32,000 bases of DNA, from the NCBI RefSeq assembly GCF_000010625.1, contig NC_010296.1:3330001-3362000 (forward strand), in the 5' to 3' direction. The notes beneath the pieces were generated by a model. That model ran no database searches. It had not been told where the DNA came from and saw only the letters and a list, made by a program, of their open reading frames with translations. Shown here in pieces: positions 31,945 to 32,000 of this stretch. Position 1 is the first letter of the stretch, and every line of letters begins with the position of its first letter. This stretch comes from Microcystis aeruginosa NIES-843 (GTDB lineage Bacteria > Cyanobacteriota > Cyanobacteriia > Cyanobacteriales > Microcystaceae). Both the position numbers and the translations under genes were made by a program.

Positions 31945-32000
31945 GATCCCCCCTGCCCCCCTTGATAAGGGGGGTGCCGATAGGCGGGGGGATCCCCCCT
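31945..32000. repeat. G/C-rich palindromic element (runs of C6-7 and G6-7), truncated by the window end
   Basis: The sequence is gatcccccctgccccccttgataaggggggtgccgataggcggggggatcccccc. It has the same style as the hairpin ccccccc-gatgtc-ggggggg at 937-956. Confidence 0.7.

Overview
The window looks like a chromosomal segment of a Microcystis-like unicellular cyanobacterium. This rests on at least a dozen HIP1 GCGATCGC palindromes, cyanobacterial-type rpoZ and furA, a cyanoexosortase, and heptamer/octamer microsatellites at most of the longer intergenic junctions. I support about 30 protein genes. Housekeeping genes include a flotillin, a cupin, cobU, a SAM methyltransferase, leuD, rpoZ, sufE, fur, mobA, cobK, an ArsA/Get3-like ATPase and panD. 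A PEP-CTERM / cyanoexosortase A / Wza-like / Wzc-like exopolysaccharide cluster spans 19.8-26.3 kb. A small accessory islet (14.0-16.5 kb) holds a PD-(D/E)XK nuclease-fold protein, a PEP-CTERM substrate and a DUF104-MazF toxin-antitoxin pair. An orphan DndD-like SMC/ABC ATPase lies at 5586-7658. I saw no tRNA, rRNA, CRISPR array, transposase or reverse transcriptase. The strongest finding is at 11570-13160 on the minus strand: two sequence-identical, tandem, ORF-less group II intron ribozymes of 785 nt each, separated by a 21-nt micro-exon. Each has a GUGCG 5' end, a canonical 34-nt domain V with a GAAA tetraloop, a perfect 11-nt GAAA-tetraloop receptor in domain I, and a 3' AC. Both are inserted exactly between units of a (GGGTGTR)n heptamer microsatellite. 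Their candidate EBS1 and EBS2 loops are complementary to that microsatellite, so the intron appears to use an abundant simple repeat as its homing site. Secondary observations are two inverted copies of a roughly 230-bp MITE-like element with terminal inverted repeats that carries the same heptamer array, G-quadruplex/i-motif-capable repeat arrays abutting start and stop codons, gene remnants, and an orphan intrinsic terminator upstream of rpoZ. All functional calls come from reading motifs by eye, and no database search was run.
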